Virus record (IMG/VR): IMGVR_UViG_3300029712_000001
Strand: one strand, 5' to 3'
DNA length: 64,000 nt
DNA from: a virus
Shown here: piece after piece, positions 49,860 through 58,375 of the stretch
Layout of the letters: every line of letters begins with the position of its first letter
How positions within the stretch are numbered: position 1 is the stretch's first letter
Position numbers and translations under genes: made by a program
Notes under the pieces: generated by a model
What the model was told of the DNA's origin: nothing
The model's input: only the letters and a program-made list of their open reading frames with translations
The model's database searches: none

Positions 49860-49913
49860 ATATAATAATTACTACGATTAAAATAATAAATTATTCGGAT
49901 TTGTTTTAATGTA

Positions 49914-49972
49914 ATTCAGATTACGAGGCGAACAATTGCCATTGTTCGCATTACCGCCGAAACGAGCAGCCA
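49914..49972 (-). repeat. DGR template-repeat-like (TR) non-coding copy of the 3' end of the 687-aa gene
   Basis: It aligns over 59 nt with 50378-50436. All 8 mismatches are adenines on the coding strand of this copy, and they fall within six AAY codons. Confidence 0.75.
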
Positions 49973-50126
49973 ATTCTTTTTAACCTTTTTCTCAACCGTT
50001 ATTTGCTATTTCAGAGGTCAGATCCCAATGTAAAACTTGTTAGCAGACTAACGGATTTCATTGAATAGATTTTTATTGTTTATAATGTTAACTATCTCTG
50101 TTGTCTAATGACATTGCAAATGTATG

Positions 50127-50201
50127 TATAATATTTTATAGCTACAAAACAATTTGTATTAAATATTTTAAATTTTTGTTTTGTGGCTATAAAATATTAT
50201 A
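50127..50201. repeat. 26-bp inverted repeat (large hairpin/cruciform) between VR and TR
   Basis: tataatattttatagctacaaaacaa (50127-50152) against the reverse complement of 50176-50201, with 25 of 26 positions matching. The spacer is 23 nt and AT-only. Confidence 0.8.
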
Positions 50202-50213
50202 TTAACAAGATAC

Positions 50214-50275
50214 GGCTGCGCCGTGATATAGTATATAAGGCTGCGCCTTAGCGCTGCGCTTATGATGGCTGCGCC
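50214..50275. repeat. four GC-rich 9-mers (GGCTGCGCC x3, GCGCTGCGC x1) immediately downstream of the VR-bearing gene
   Basis: Copies at 50214-50222, 50239-50247, 50251-50259 and 50267-50275. They sit within a local GC island in AT-rich DNA. Confidence 0.7.
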
Positions 50276-50293
50276 ATCAATGGGTTGCACCCA

Positions 50294-52357
50294 TCAAACC
50301 TGCGGTTGACTGACGTCTAATAACAACTGGGCAAGGCCGCAATTGCTGCGAGACGTATGAGAAGCGGCGTAATTCGCATACAGAAAACGAGGCGAACAAT
50401 AGCCATGGGGCGCATAACCGCCGAAACGAGCAGCCACTCTGGACTTTATACCAACAGATGAAGCCCAGTAGCAGTTGTCCCATGTATAAAAACATTCTCC
50501 TGAATTATAATTTCCTCCCTTTTTACCCTTCCATCCGGTATAAGGGATACGATGTAAAACATGACCATCTCCTAAATTTTGGGTAGTTGCTATCTTCTTA
50601 TATTTGGATTCAAAATCAAAAACCTCACCATTATTTATAGTAGACCTTTTCTCATATGTCCATTTCTTTTGATCTGGCTCTATATAAATATCAATAGTAT
50701 TACCTATTCGAGTGACATTAGGATCATTTAAACAAGTCCCTACCTGTTCGTATCCTCCTCCACAATACCTAAAGACATCTCCAGACAAATTCATGCCATC
50801 GTACAAAGACATCCTTAAGATAACTTCCAAATCAAATTCTGCCGGTTCGTCATTTTCGTTTAAGGCCGATATAGTGCCGGTCATTTCCTTAAACACAATA
50901 ACATTCATATGACCTTCAACCATACTCTTGGCTCCCTGGACGTTCTTATACCAATATTTTCCTCCATAAAAATCGAACTCCAATCCTTCCTCTATTCCTG
51001 CCTCAAATGCAAAAGAAGCCGCCATCTGGCTTTCCATGCACTGTTCTTTAGGATATTCTGAATTTATGAGGTAAGAAAAATGAGTTTTTTTAGTAGGTTC
51101 ATAATGTATAATAGAAGAATTTGTAGCCCATGATCCATACAACCATGTCTCTTCTCCTTTTTTACGATACTTTACACCTCCGTATTTGCGATAATTAACA
51201 TCATTACCTACTCCGGAGTTACTTGATATCCCTGATCCAAAAGTATCTGGATTAGCTAAGTGTTTAGTACCGTACAGCATTTCAAGGTATATGATATAAG
51301 CATTCAAGGTCAAAAAACCACCTTCAGAAAAAGGATAAGAAGATTCAGGATCTACGTTATTAACCCTCGAATACTTAGCTATATTGATTTGATTTACATC
51401 ATTGCTTCTCGGATAAGTTCTTCCATTTAAAAACATCGTGCAGGCGTTACCAACTCCGGCTCCGGATTTACAATTTGTTTCTCCTTCATACAAGAAAAAG
51501 AAAGATCTTGCCTTGGAGTCTACTGTACATACCGGTCCAGGAGATAAGGCTGTGGGCGGAAGCACAGGGCACGTCTGGCGCAGGTCAAGTCCGTCCAGCA
51601 TAGGAACCGTGTCTGCGTCGTACACACCAGACCATATTTTCCCGCTTTTACCAACTACCTTATCAGCTACATACAGACTCTTGCTACATCCTAAGAATAT
51701 GCTATAATTCTTTGAAGTAGTCTCCCAAGGTCTTAAAATCCTTACCTCTGATCCTGATACATTATAAAGTTTTTGACCAATACCATACTCTTCGTAAAAA
51801 GCCTTGGCGTCAAATGCTCCGGCATCACAATACTTATTTTTATGACCGTTATCCAAATACAGTTCCACATCGCATTCGGCTCTCATTTCCTCGGTTATAC
51901 CTACCGTAGGAGCAAAATCTCCGTTTTCAAATCTAAGGAGATTATTCTTACGAAGCTTCCCGACCGGACGCACTTTGTCTCCGGTATTTTGAGTCATGTC
52001 TATAAGGTAAAAATCCCAAGAAGGGAGAAGGCTTTTGTCGCCAACTGATTCCGTGGCTTCTGGAGGAAGTTGGTCCTCAGCCCAAGCGGATGCCGATCCT
52101 GAAGCACCTTCTTTAAGAACATTGAAAGTATTACCATCAGACAAAACAAAAGGCTCAGATTCCTCCCCTTTCTTCGATAAAAACTTTTCCCTTTTACCAA
52201 CTTGATTAACGACGATGTTCTTCTTAGCCTTATTCCCTTCATCGGAAATAGTGTAATTCAAAGTCGTATCAAGACCTTCATTTATTTCAGAAAACACCGA
52301 CACCAGTTTATCATTCTCACCTTCTGTCGGATTAAATTTTACGTTGCTCATTTTCAA
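50294..52357 (-). CDS. putative DGR target protein / receptor-binding protein (687 aa) with an N-terminal BACON-like domain and a C-terminal variable region
   Basis: The N-terminus KLVSVFSEINEGLDTTLNYTISDEGNKAKKNIVVNQVG is Ig/BACON-like. The C-terminus YWASSVGIKSRVAARFGGYAPHGYCSPRFLY resembles C-type-lectin-fold DGR variable regions. The VR lies at 50378-50436. Confidence 0.75.
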   Translation of the reverse strand: MKMSNVKFNPTEGENDKLVSVFSEINEGLDTTLNYTISDEGNKAKKNIVVNQVGKREKFLSKKGEESEPFVLSDGNTFNVLKEGASGSASAWAEDQLPPEATESVGDKSLLPSWDFYLIDMTQNTGDKVRPVGKLRKNNLLRFENGDFAPTVGITEEMRAECDVELYLDNGHKNKYCDAGAFDAKAFYEEYGIGQKLYNVSGSEVRILRPWETTSKNYSIFLGCSKSLYVADKVVGKSGKIWSGVYDADTVPMLDGLDLRQTCPVLPPTALSPGPVCTVDSKARSFFFLYEGETNCKSGAGVGNACTMFLNGRTYPRSNDVNQINIAKYSRVNNVDPESSYPFSEGGFLTLNAYIIYLEMLYGTKHLANPDTFGSGISSNSGVGNDVNYRKYGGVKYRKKGEETWLYGSWATNSSIIHYEPTKKTHFSYLINSEYPKEQCMESQMAASFAFEAGIEEGLEFDFYGGKYWYKNVQGAKSMVEGHMNVIVFKEMTGTISALNENDEPAEFDLEVILRMSLYDGMNLSGDVFRYCGGGYEQVGTCLNDPNVTRIGNTIDIYIEPDQKKWTYEKRSTINNGEVFDFESKYKKIATTQNLGDGHVLHRIPYTGWKGKKGGNYNSGECFYTWDNCYWASSVGIKSRVAARFGGYAPHGYCSPRFLYANYAASHTSRSNCGLAQLLLDVSQPQV
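50378..50436 (-). repeat. DGR variable-region-like (VR) segment
   Basis: Coding-strand codons TAT, CCC, CAT, TAT, TTT and TAT correspond to AAT, AAC, AAT, AAT, AAT and AAT in the TR-like copy. Confidence 0.75.
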
Positions 52358-52992
52358 AAATCAAATTTGCATTCATCAACAACAGGCTCGCATTTGGTAT
52401 TTTCATTAACCCATTTCATGCCCTCTTCTTCCAGTATCTTCTTAGCCTTTTCATTGGCATCATCAACGCTAATGAAAGACGTTACGGTACCGGCGTATAT
52501 CCTCCTATATTTCTCAGGAGCCTTCCATCCTTCCTTACAACGCTTACTAAACCAACCATGTTGATCTTCGTTGTAATAAACGGTTTTACATACTCCAGAT
52601 TCGTTAGCGGCAGCCTGCCCTTCTTGCTCAAGAATCTTCGCAGCTTCGTAGTTGGCTATTTCGGTACTGAACTTAGACCATACACGCCCGGCCTCTACCA
52701 CGTGATGTGTGGGTTGTTCTTGTTTTTGACCATCAGGACAATCATTTTTAAAGAAATCCCCTTCCTGTCTTGTGTTATAATATACCTCGCAACATCCACC
52801 TACTTTATTAGCATACAACGGACCTTCTTTATCCGCAAACTCTTCCGCTTTCCTATCTGCATCATCTTGGCTTATATCCGAACAAAATTCAGCCTCATGA
52901 ACGATAAACGTTTCTCCAGAACCAAGATCTTCCGGACAGTCCGATTTCTTGAAAGCTTTTCTGTATTCTTTGTTGTAATACATCTTTTTCAT
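52354..52992 (-). CDS. three-module paralog of the 1503-aa repeat protein (212 aa)
   Basis: Three copies of the same Cys-containing module: ...DISQDDADRKAEEFADKEGPLYANKVGGC, ...EQEGQAAANESGVC and ...VDDANEKAKKILEEEGMKWVNENTKC. ATGA overlap with the DGR target gene. Confidence 0.7.
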   Translation of the reverse strand: MKKMYYNKEYRKAFKKSDCPEDLGSGETFIVHEAEFCSDISQDDADRKAEEFADKEGPLYANKVGGCCEVYYNTRQEGDFFKNDCPDGQKQEQPTHHVVEAGRVWSKFSTEIANYEAAKILEQEGQAAANESGVCKTVYYNEDQHGWFSKRCKEGWKAPEKYRRIYAGTVTSFISVDDANEKAKKILEEEGMKWVNENTKCEPVVDECKFDF

Positions 52993-53240
52993 GACAAGAT
53001 CTTATTAAGTTCTTCTTTGAATTTCTGAATCTCGTCCGGGCACAACCCGCATTTCCCTTCACATACGATTCTTCTCATACGATCTATTTTAAGAACTGTA
53101 TCCATATCAGGCTTGATACCTACCTTATACTTATGATATTGTAGATACTGATCAGCCTTACATGCTATAAAACGATCAGCACACTCACATAAGTAAGATG
53201 AAGGGAAAAGAATTTGCTGTGTACTTCCGGTAGCTGACAT
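52989..53240 (-). CDS. Cys-rich small protein (83 aa)
   Basis: ORF track. Contains CECADRFIAC and CEGKCGLCPDE. Confidence 0.5.
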   Translation of the reverse strand: MSATGSTQQILFPSSYLCECADRFIACKADQYLQYHKYKVGIKPDMDTVLKIDRMRRIVCEGKCGLCPDEIQKFKEELNKILS

Positions 53241-53241
53241 A

Positions 53242-53568
53242 TTATTTCACGGTAAAATACCTGGCGTATTCTTTATTTATGTATTCAGAATAAGTAGCAA
53301 GATCATCCGGATCTGGGCACTCGTTCTTCAAATTAACAATCCAGCCTCTTACCAGCTTTTGAATATCAGCATACCTTTTACTTACACCTCCTACAAACCT
53401 GAACTTGCGATGAAGGTCTATGATTTTCTTGTCCAATACAGCAAGTTCATCGTATTTCTGAATACAAGCCGCATTAGAATCAGCTTTAGGTGTCGTATTC
53501 GACTGAGGCTTTATAGCCCTATTTCTATTAACAGAAGTAATATTACTTCTTCCACATCCACATCCCAT
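53242..53568 (-). CDS. hypothetical small protein (108 aa)
   Basis: ORF track. N-terminus MGCGCGRS. Confidence 0.5.
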   Translation of the reverse strand: MGCGCGRSNITSVNRNRAIKPQSNTTPKADSNAACIQKYDELAVLDKKIIDLHRKFRFVGGVSKRYADIQKLVRGWIVNLKNECPDPDDLATYSEYINKEYARYFTVK

Positions 53569-53589
53569 AACTTATTTATATTTAATTAA

Positions 53590-54468
53590 TTACATTTTGC
53601 AACCACAATTTTCACAATTATTGAGAACGTAAATCAATTTAGATGCTTTTTCGTATAATTGTTTTACGTTTTCAAAATTCCCTAATCTCATATTAGCTTC
53701 AGCCGCAGCCAGCAGAAACTCTATTTCTTTTATTTTGTCAATAACGTCATCATCCTCATGATCACATAACACAGTTGACCTGGCCCATATCTTATCTATG
53801 TTAAGACGGATCAGATCTGTTTTTAAATACTTTCTGTTAAATGAATAAGAGGAAGGACTGCCTTTTATGGTAATATCGTATATACCATCTTTTAGGTTTT
53901 CAAAATCATTTCCACGACCTGGATTTATGCCAAGGGTCTTACTGTTGAATACATTCAACTGATTCTTACCAAGATAATAAACATACTTATTCTCGTCTTC
54001 AGGTGGCACAATCTCTATAATAGCCGGTCTGTCTGCCAGTATCCCCCATTCCGACTGATCGGCTATGCGAAGCGTTTTAGGGTTGTTGGTGCTTATAACC
54101 TCAAAATCAAGATGGATGTTGTTCATACTCTCCTCCCATCCCATTCTGGCAAGGGAATCATCGTATCTGGCTGTTATATCAGCTCCCTCTACCTCAGTGC
54201 TATTAACACGTACCTCGGTACCATTTATCTTGACTCCTACTATTTGGGCTACCAACGACTTAGCCATACCAAACATAGGAACAATGATTTCCCCGTTATA
54301 ATCAGTTCCTTCATTTGGATACTGTACTACTTCCGTCTTGTACAGGCCATCATTTCTTCTGACTACTATTCTAATAACCATCTGATTTTCTACATCGTAG
54401 TCGGTCATTACTATCCTGACATAGAAAATGTTATTTCTTATCTGTGGTAAAATATCGATATAATTCAT
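53590..54468 (-). CDS. hypothetical structural protein (292 aa)
   Basis: ORF track. Confidence 0.55.
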   Translation of the reverse strand: MNYIDILPQIRNNIFYVRIVMTDYDVENQMVIRIVVRRNDGLYKTEVVQYPNEGTDYNGEIIVPMFGMAKSLVAQIVGVKINGTEVRVNSTEVEGADITARYDDSLARMGWEESMNNIHLDFEVISTNNPKTLRIADQSEWGILADRPAIIEIVPPEDENKYVYYLGKNQLNVFNSKTLGINPGRGNDFENLKDGIYDITIKGSPSSYSFNRKYLKTDLIRLNIDKIWARSTVLCDHEDDDVIDKIKEIEFLLAAAEANMRLGNFENVKQLYEKASKLIYVLNNCENCGCKM

Positions 54469-54551
54469 AACTTACCTTTTTCCACAAAGATAAGTAAATG
54501 GGGTGATAAAAGTTTAAAATGTTGTGTATTAAATAAAATAGGACGTGATTA

Positions 54552-55019
54552 TTACCATATCCGATAATAGATTCCAGCGCCTAAGTAGGGGGAGAAGCCC
54601 TCGCGCCCAACCCCATACCCTGCCGTCAGTCCTATGCCCCAGCGCCGGCTCTTTTCATATATTATTTCTTTTTTGTGGTAGATGATCATCGTGTCTAAAT
54701 TAGGTCTGTATCCGCTTATAACAGCCCGATAATCATCTGTTTTGTATGTTTTTCTTTGTATAGGAATATTGATATAAACAGTGTCTCTTATCGTATCTTT
54801 TTCAACTATAGCATCCATAGGGAAAGGTGTTTCTACCTCCCCTACGTCAACTATATACTGAGGAACAGGAACAGGTTGGATAATGGTATCTATTACAGTA
54901 TCTATTTTTATATCGTATATTATTTCTTGTTTCTTGCATGTTTTACCAAACAAGAAAGATATAAAACACAGTAGAAGAACTCCTAACACATGCCTGGCTC
55001 TCATTTTTTGCAAACACAT
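54552..55019 (-). CDS. signal-anchored / lipoprotein-like protein, a spanin candidate (155 aa)
   Basis: N-terminal RARHVLGVLLLCFISFLFGKTC. It sits directly downstream of the multi-TM protein and the endolysin. Confidence 0.45.
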   Translation of the reverse strand: MCLQKMRARHVLGVLLLCFISFLFGKTCKKQEIIYDIKIDTVIDTIIQPVPVPQYIVDVGEVETPFPMDAIVEKDTIRDTVYINIPIQRKTYKTDDYRAVISGYRPNLDTMIIYHKKEIIYEKSRRWGIGLTAGYGVGREGFSPYLGAGIYYRIW

Positions 55020-55588
55020 CTTTTACCCTCCTTATCTTCGTCTAAAAGTTCTTGTATATCACCGTTGTTAATACCTTCTTTAAGCTCTTCTCCGAATGGA
55101 ACTTTTTGCCACCAACTTACTTTGCTAAAGAAATACTTAACACCTTTTACTATCATCAAATCAGGTGCAAGGTCGCCGAGGCGTTTGAATGCCATTCCAC
55201 CGTATAATATTAAGGCGAATATCGTAATCCACTGAAGAAGCATGTCTATAAACTCTGGGGATTTATGCCCTCCCATAGACATAATAAGATCCATTCCGGA
55301 TATGGTAAACAGCCCGAAAGAGCAGGCCGCGAACTCAAGAAGGATTTTCAAAACTCCAATTTCGCTTATGCATGTCAATATCTTAAAAGGCCTCTTTCTC
55401 TTTCTTCGGATATAGCAGTGTTTGATACTTTTTATAGTAGCTAACAAAAGATTTATAGCTAATATAAACAATATAGAATATATAAGGTGGTGAATCTCCT
55501 GGAAATTCATCCACAATGCTGATAATCCGGAAATGAGAAAAGCCCAGAAACTTTCTAAATTCATCCTTCCTACAAATCTGTAAGCCAT
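55001..55588 (-). CDS. multi-TM membrane protein, a holin candidate (195 aa)
   Basis: Four or more hydrophobic helices. It is adjacent to the M15 peptidase gene. Confidence 0.5.
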   Translation of the reverse strand: MAYRFVGRMNLESFWAFLISGLSALWMNFQEIHHLIYSILFILAINLLLATIKSIKHCYIRRKRKRPFKILTCISEIGVLKILLEFAACSFGLFTISGMDLIMSMGGHKSPEFIDMLLQWITIFALILYGGMAFKRLGDLAPDLMIVKGVKYFFSKVSWWQKVPFGEELKEGINNGDIQELLDEDKEGKRCVCKK

Positions 55589-55589
55589 A

Positions 55590-56051
55590 TTAGAACATAG
55601 TTACTTTCTTGCTACTTCCAAGAGAGTCATATACGTCAATATGGACCCAATTGGTACCTGATTCTAATCTAATGGGACAAGGAAGTAAATCCTGTGACTG
55701 AATTATTTTATTCCTTGTCTCTTCTGCCGTCATACCCTTGGCATCAAAATCGATGGCTGCCCCAAGCATATGAGGACTGATATACAAAGACCCTGATACG
55801 GTCTTGGATTTTACTATGTCTGAGATATTGTTCCTAAACCCACGCTCATCAAACCTTCCGCCCGACTTCCAGGTATTAACCGTCATCGGAGTTTTCAAAA
55901 TGTCTTTCCTTAAAACCAGTATCGTGTGAAGCAACTCAGTTCTTAAATACCTCCAGCAAAGATCTTTGTCTCTACCGTACTCTTTAGGACCAACTAATTC
56001 AACAATACTAAAATACTGACTCAATTCTTTTATAATATCACTTCTTTCCAT
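55590..56051 (-). CDS. peptidase M15 family endolysin (L-Ala-D-Glu / D-Ala-D-Ala peptidase type)
   Basis: SPHMLGAAIDF and NWVHIDV match the zinc ligand motifs (H-x6-D ... H) of VanY/M15 peptidases. Confidence 0.75.
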   Translation of the reverse strand: MERSDIIKELSQYFSIVELVGPKEYGRDKDLCWRYLRTELLHTILVLRKDILKTPMTVNTWKSGGRFDERGFRNNISDIVKSKTVSGSLYISPHMLGAAIDFDAKGMTAEETRNKIIQSQDLLPCPIRLESGTNWVHIDVYDSLGSSKKVTMF

Positions 56052-56124
56052 AACTTAACCTTTTTCACAAAGATAATCAGAACCTTACCAAATATTAAAA
56101 TAAGTAGAGTCTGGATTAAAGAAA

Positions 56125-56154
56125 AACCCCTGCATAAATAAATATACAGGGGTT
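56125..56154 (-). terminator. intrinsic terminator after the 370-aa gene
   Basis: AACCCCTG (56125-56132) pairs with CAGGGGTT (56147-56154). On the minus strand it is followed by TTTTCTTT. Confidence 0.65.
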
Positions 56155-56182
56155 ATCCATAACATTAACAACAAATCACGAC

Positions 56183-57295
56183 CTAAACAACCCTTACATA
56201 TCCTGCTGATACAAGATCAGAAAGATTCTCGTAAGCCAAAGGGATGCCTGAATCTCTTATGCAAAGATACTTAATTTCTTTGTCAATGTAATACTTTCCA
56301 TTCTCTAAAATAGAATTATATACCCAAGGAATAGGATCGTCTATCGTACCTGAATGCTTTTCTTGAACAACCATATACAGGCTTTCAGTTCCACCTCCCT
56401 GACCAGGAACCCAGTCGGCTTGGAGATTGTGATTTTGCCTTACTTCAAACAGAGTCCAATCCAAATCCGAAGGTTTGTTTTTGCTACGGAAACGCTGCCC
56501 TTTTACAACAGCCGTGCCCATAGGAAGACCTTTGTCGCCGTAAACTCCATCCTTGTCCCAGATAGGGTACAATCCCTTTATCTTAAGAGCAAGATTCTGG
56601 TCGGTGTTTTCCAGCATAGCCGGCGTGTTGATCATCGCCCTCATGTACATAGCTGTAGCCTTCTCCGGATCATTGGCTTCAAGGATCTTATTTTTTTCTA
56701 TGATCTGATCCTTTGTCCTTACCAACTTCTCAGGATAACCTTCATCCACTTTCATAGACTCAACTTCACTCCTGTCGGTTTTAGAAGTTATTTCCTTTTC
56801 TATGGCAGCAGTACGATCGTTGCACTCAGATTCATATACATGCATTTCATTCATTGCCGTATTAGCAATATCAAGCTCGTATTCTGAATCTGCTACGGAT
56901 ACGGTGTATATCCCGCTTCCTTTTGCTACGTCAATATCGTTTTTAACCTTCTGTCTCATGCTGCTATTATACCATATCTGTTTACCATCCAAACTATAAG
57001 AACGAACGGCATCAGAATAAGCATATTCCCTGGCCTCAGAAACTTTCTTGTCCTTAGCCTTGGCAAGCAACTCCTCTTCAGTTGGTCCAGGAGGCTCCGG
57101 GTCAAGCTGCATAGCAATAACTTCTTTCACACTCGCATCAGGATTGTTTTGATGGAATTTTTCTTGATCGGAATCAAGTTGAACCCATTTCCCATCTAAG
57201 AAATCTTGGTAAGAATACCCTACTTCGTAAGAAGAGGAATCCAACTCGTATCCTTCCCAGTAAAAACCTTTTACGTTTTTATTTACATAAAGCAT
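56183..57295 (-). CDS. hypothetical tail/fibre-associated protein (370 aa)
   Basis: ORF track. Confidence 0.55.
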   Translation of the reverse strand: MLYVNKNVKGFYWEGYELDSSSYEVGYSYQDFLDGKWVQLDSDQEKFHQNNPDASVKEVIAMQLDPEPPGPTEEELLAKAKDKKVSEAREYAYSDAVRSYSLDGKQIWYNSSMRQKVKNDIDVAKGSGIYTVSVADSEYELDIANTAMNEMHVYESECNDRTAAIEKEITSKTDRSEVESMKVDEGYPEKLVRTKDQIIEKNKILEANDPEKATAMYMRAMINTPAMLENTDQNLALKIKGLYPIWDKDGVYGDKGLPMGTAVVKGQRFRSKNKPSDLDWTLFEVRQNHNLQADWVPGQGGGTESLYMVVQEKHSGTIDDPIPWVYNSILENGKYYIDKEIKYLCIRDSGIPLAYENLSDLVSAGYVRVV

Positions 57296-57310
57296 ACTCT
57301 ATCCTTTCTA

Positions 57311-58372
57311 TTAAGCTTGTTCACCCACTCTGATAACCAACTTATTATTGATATACCAGATACTTAATTCTATAAAACTGTTTTTAGGTACTACTACTCT
57401 ATCGCCTGACATGCTCTGGAACCGGCCAGAGGTAGGAAGCGGCTGCGTGATGTCTGTGCCGGTGGTGTTGTTGACCCGCACCTGCCATTCCCTCCCAACA
57501 TACTCAGAAGATACGGTCATATACAGATCCGTAGCAGAAGCGACGTTGGCTATGATATTATGAGCACCTTTTGGTAAATTTGCCAATGTTGTAACAACCT
57601 TAGGGGGCATAGCCATAAAATTCAAATAAGACAATATCGTATTAGACAACTGAACCATATTGTTCATAACCTCATATGTCTTATCTTGAATAACAACAAA
57701 AGTCCCCACCTGAATTTGTATATCATATTCAGATGCGCCTACCGCTGAGTCGGCATTAGCAAATGAGGCAAATACTATTTTTAATTTAAAATTATTTTCA
57801 AAATCATTACCTTCTAAAAAATAATTCAAATAATAATAATCACCAGCTAACTTACCTAATGTGATATTATTATTGTATGCATCCAAAACTTTTGCAAACG
57901 AACCTTCATCAAGTGTTCCTGAATTACCTGAAAACATAGATAGATCAAGATAATTCGAATCTACTCCGGTACTTACCATACCAAGAGATTCAAGCACCTT
58001 ACCACCACTTTCTTCAGTAACCAAAATATATTCGTTATACACGTTTTTGGTTTCTGTAGATGCCACATCATCTTTTACAAGATACATGACATTATCCTTC
58101 GCCTCCTCAACAGTAGGAAGTTTGCTAACAATCTGCTTCTTCCACCCTGCTGCCGATACAGCATCATCTACATACTTCTTGTTTACATAATCGCCCCATG
58201 TCATGTTACTAAGAAGAGTCTTGCTACCGTCTTGACTTCCGGCAGGGGGAGCCGGGATGAGGCCTCCCTTGCCCGACTCCGAACTTGTTCCAGGAGCGGC
58301 CTGCACCACATTCTCAAGTCTGGAATCAACCTCCAGACCTTCGAATTTACTGTTATAACCTACTTCTGCCAT
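57311..58372 (-). CDS. hypothetical tail/fibre-associated protein (353 aa)
   Basis: ORF track. Confidence 0.55.
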   Translation of the reverse strand: MAEVGYNSKFEGLEVDSRLENVVQAAPGTSSESGKGGLIPAPPAGSQDGSKTLLSNMTWGDYVNKKYVDDAVSAAGWKKQIVSKLPTVEEAKDNVMYLVKDDVASTETKNVYNEYILVTEESGGKVLESLGMVSTGVDSNYLDLSMFSGNSGTLDEGSFAKVLDAYNNNITLGKLAGDYYYLNYFLEGNDFENNFKLKIVFASFANADSAVGASEYDIQIQVGTFVVIQDKTYEVMNNMVQLSNTILSYLNFMAMPPKVVTTLANLPKGAHNIIANVASATDLYMTVSSEYVGREWQVRVNNTTGTDITQPLPTSGRFQSMSGDRVVVPKNSFIELSIWYINNKLVIRVGEQA

Positions 58373-58375
58373 TTT

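Noticed and set aside
50277-50495. 72-aa minus-strand ORF from the track overlapping the VR region
   Set aside because: It is out of frame with, and almost entirely inside, the 3' end of the 687-aa gene and the GC-rich island. It has no independent support and is an artefact of local GC richness.
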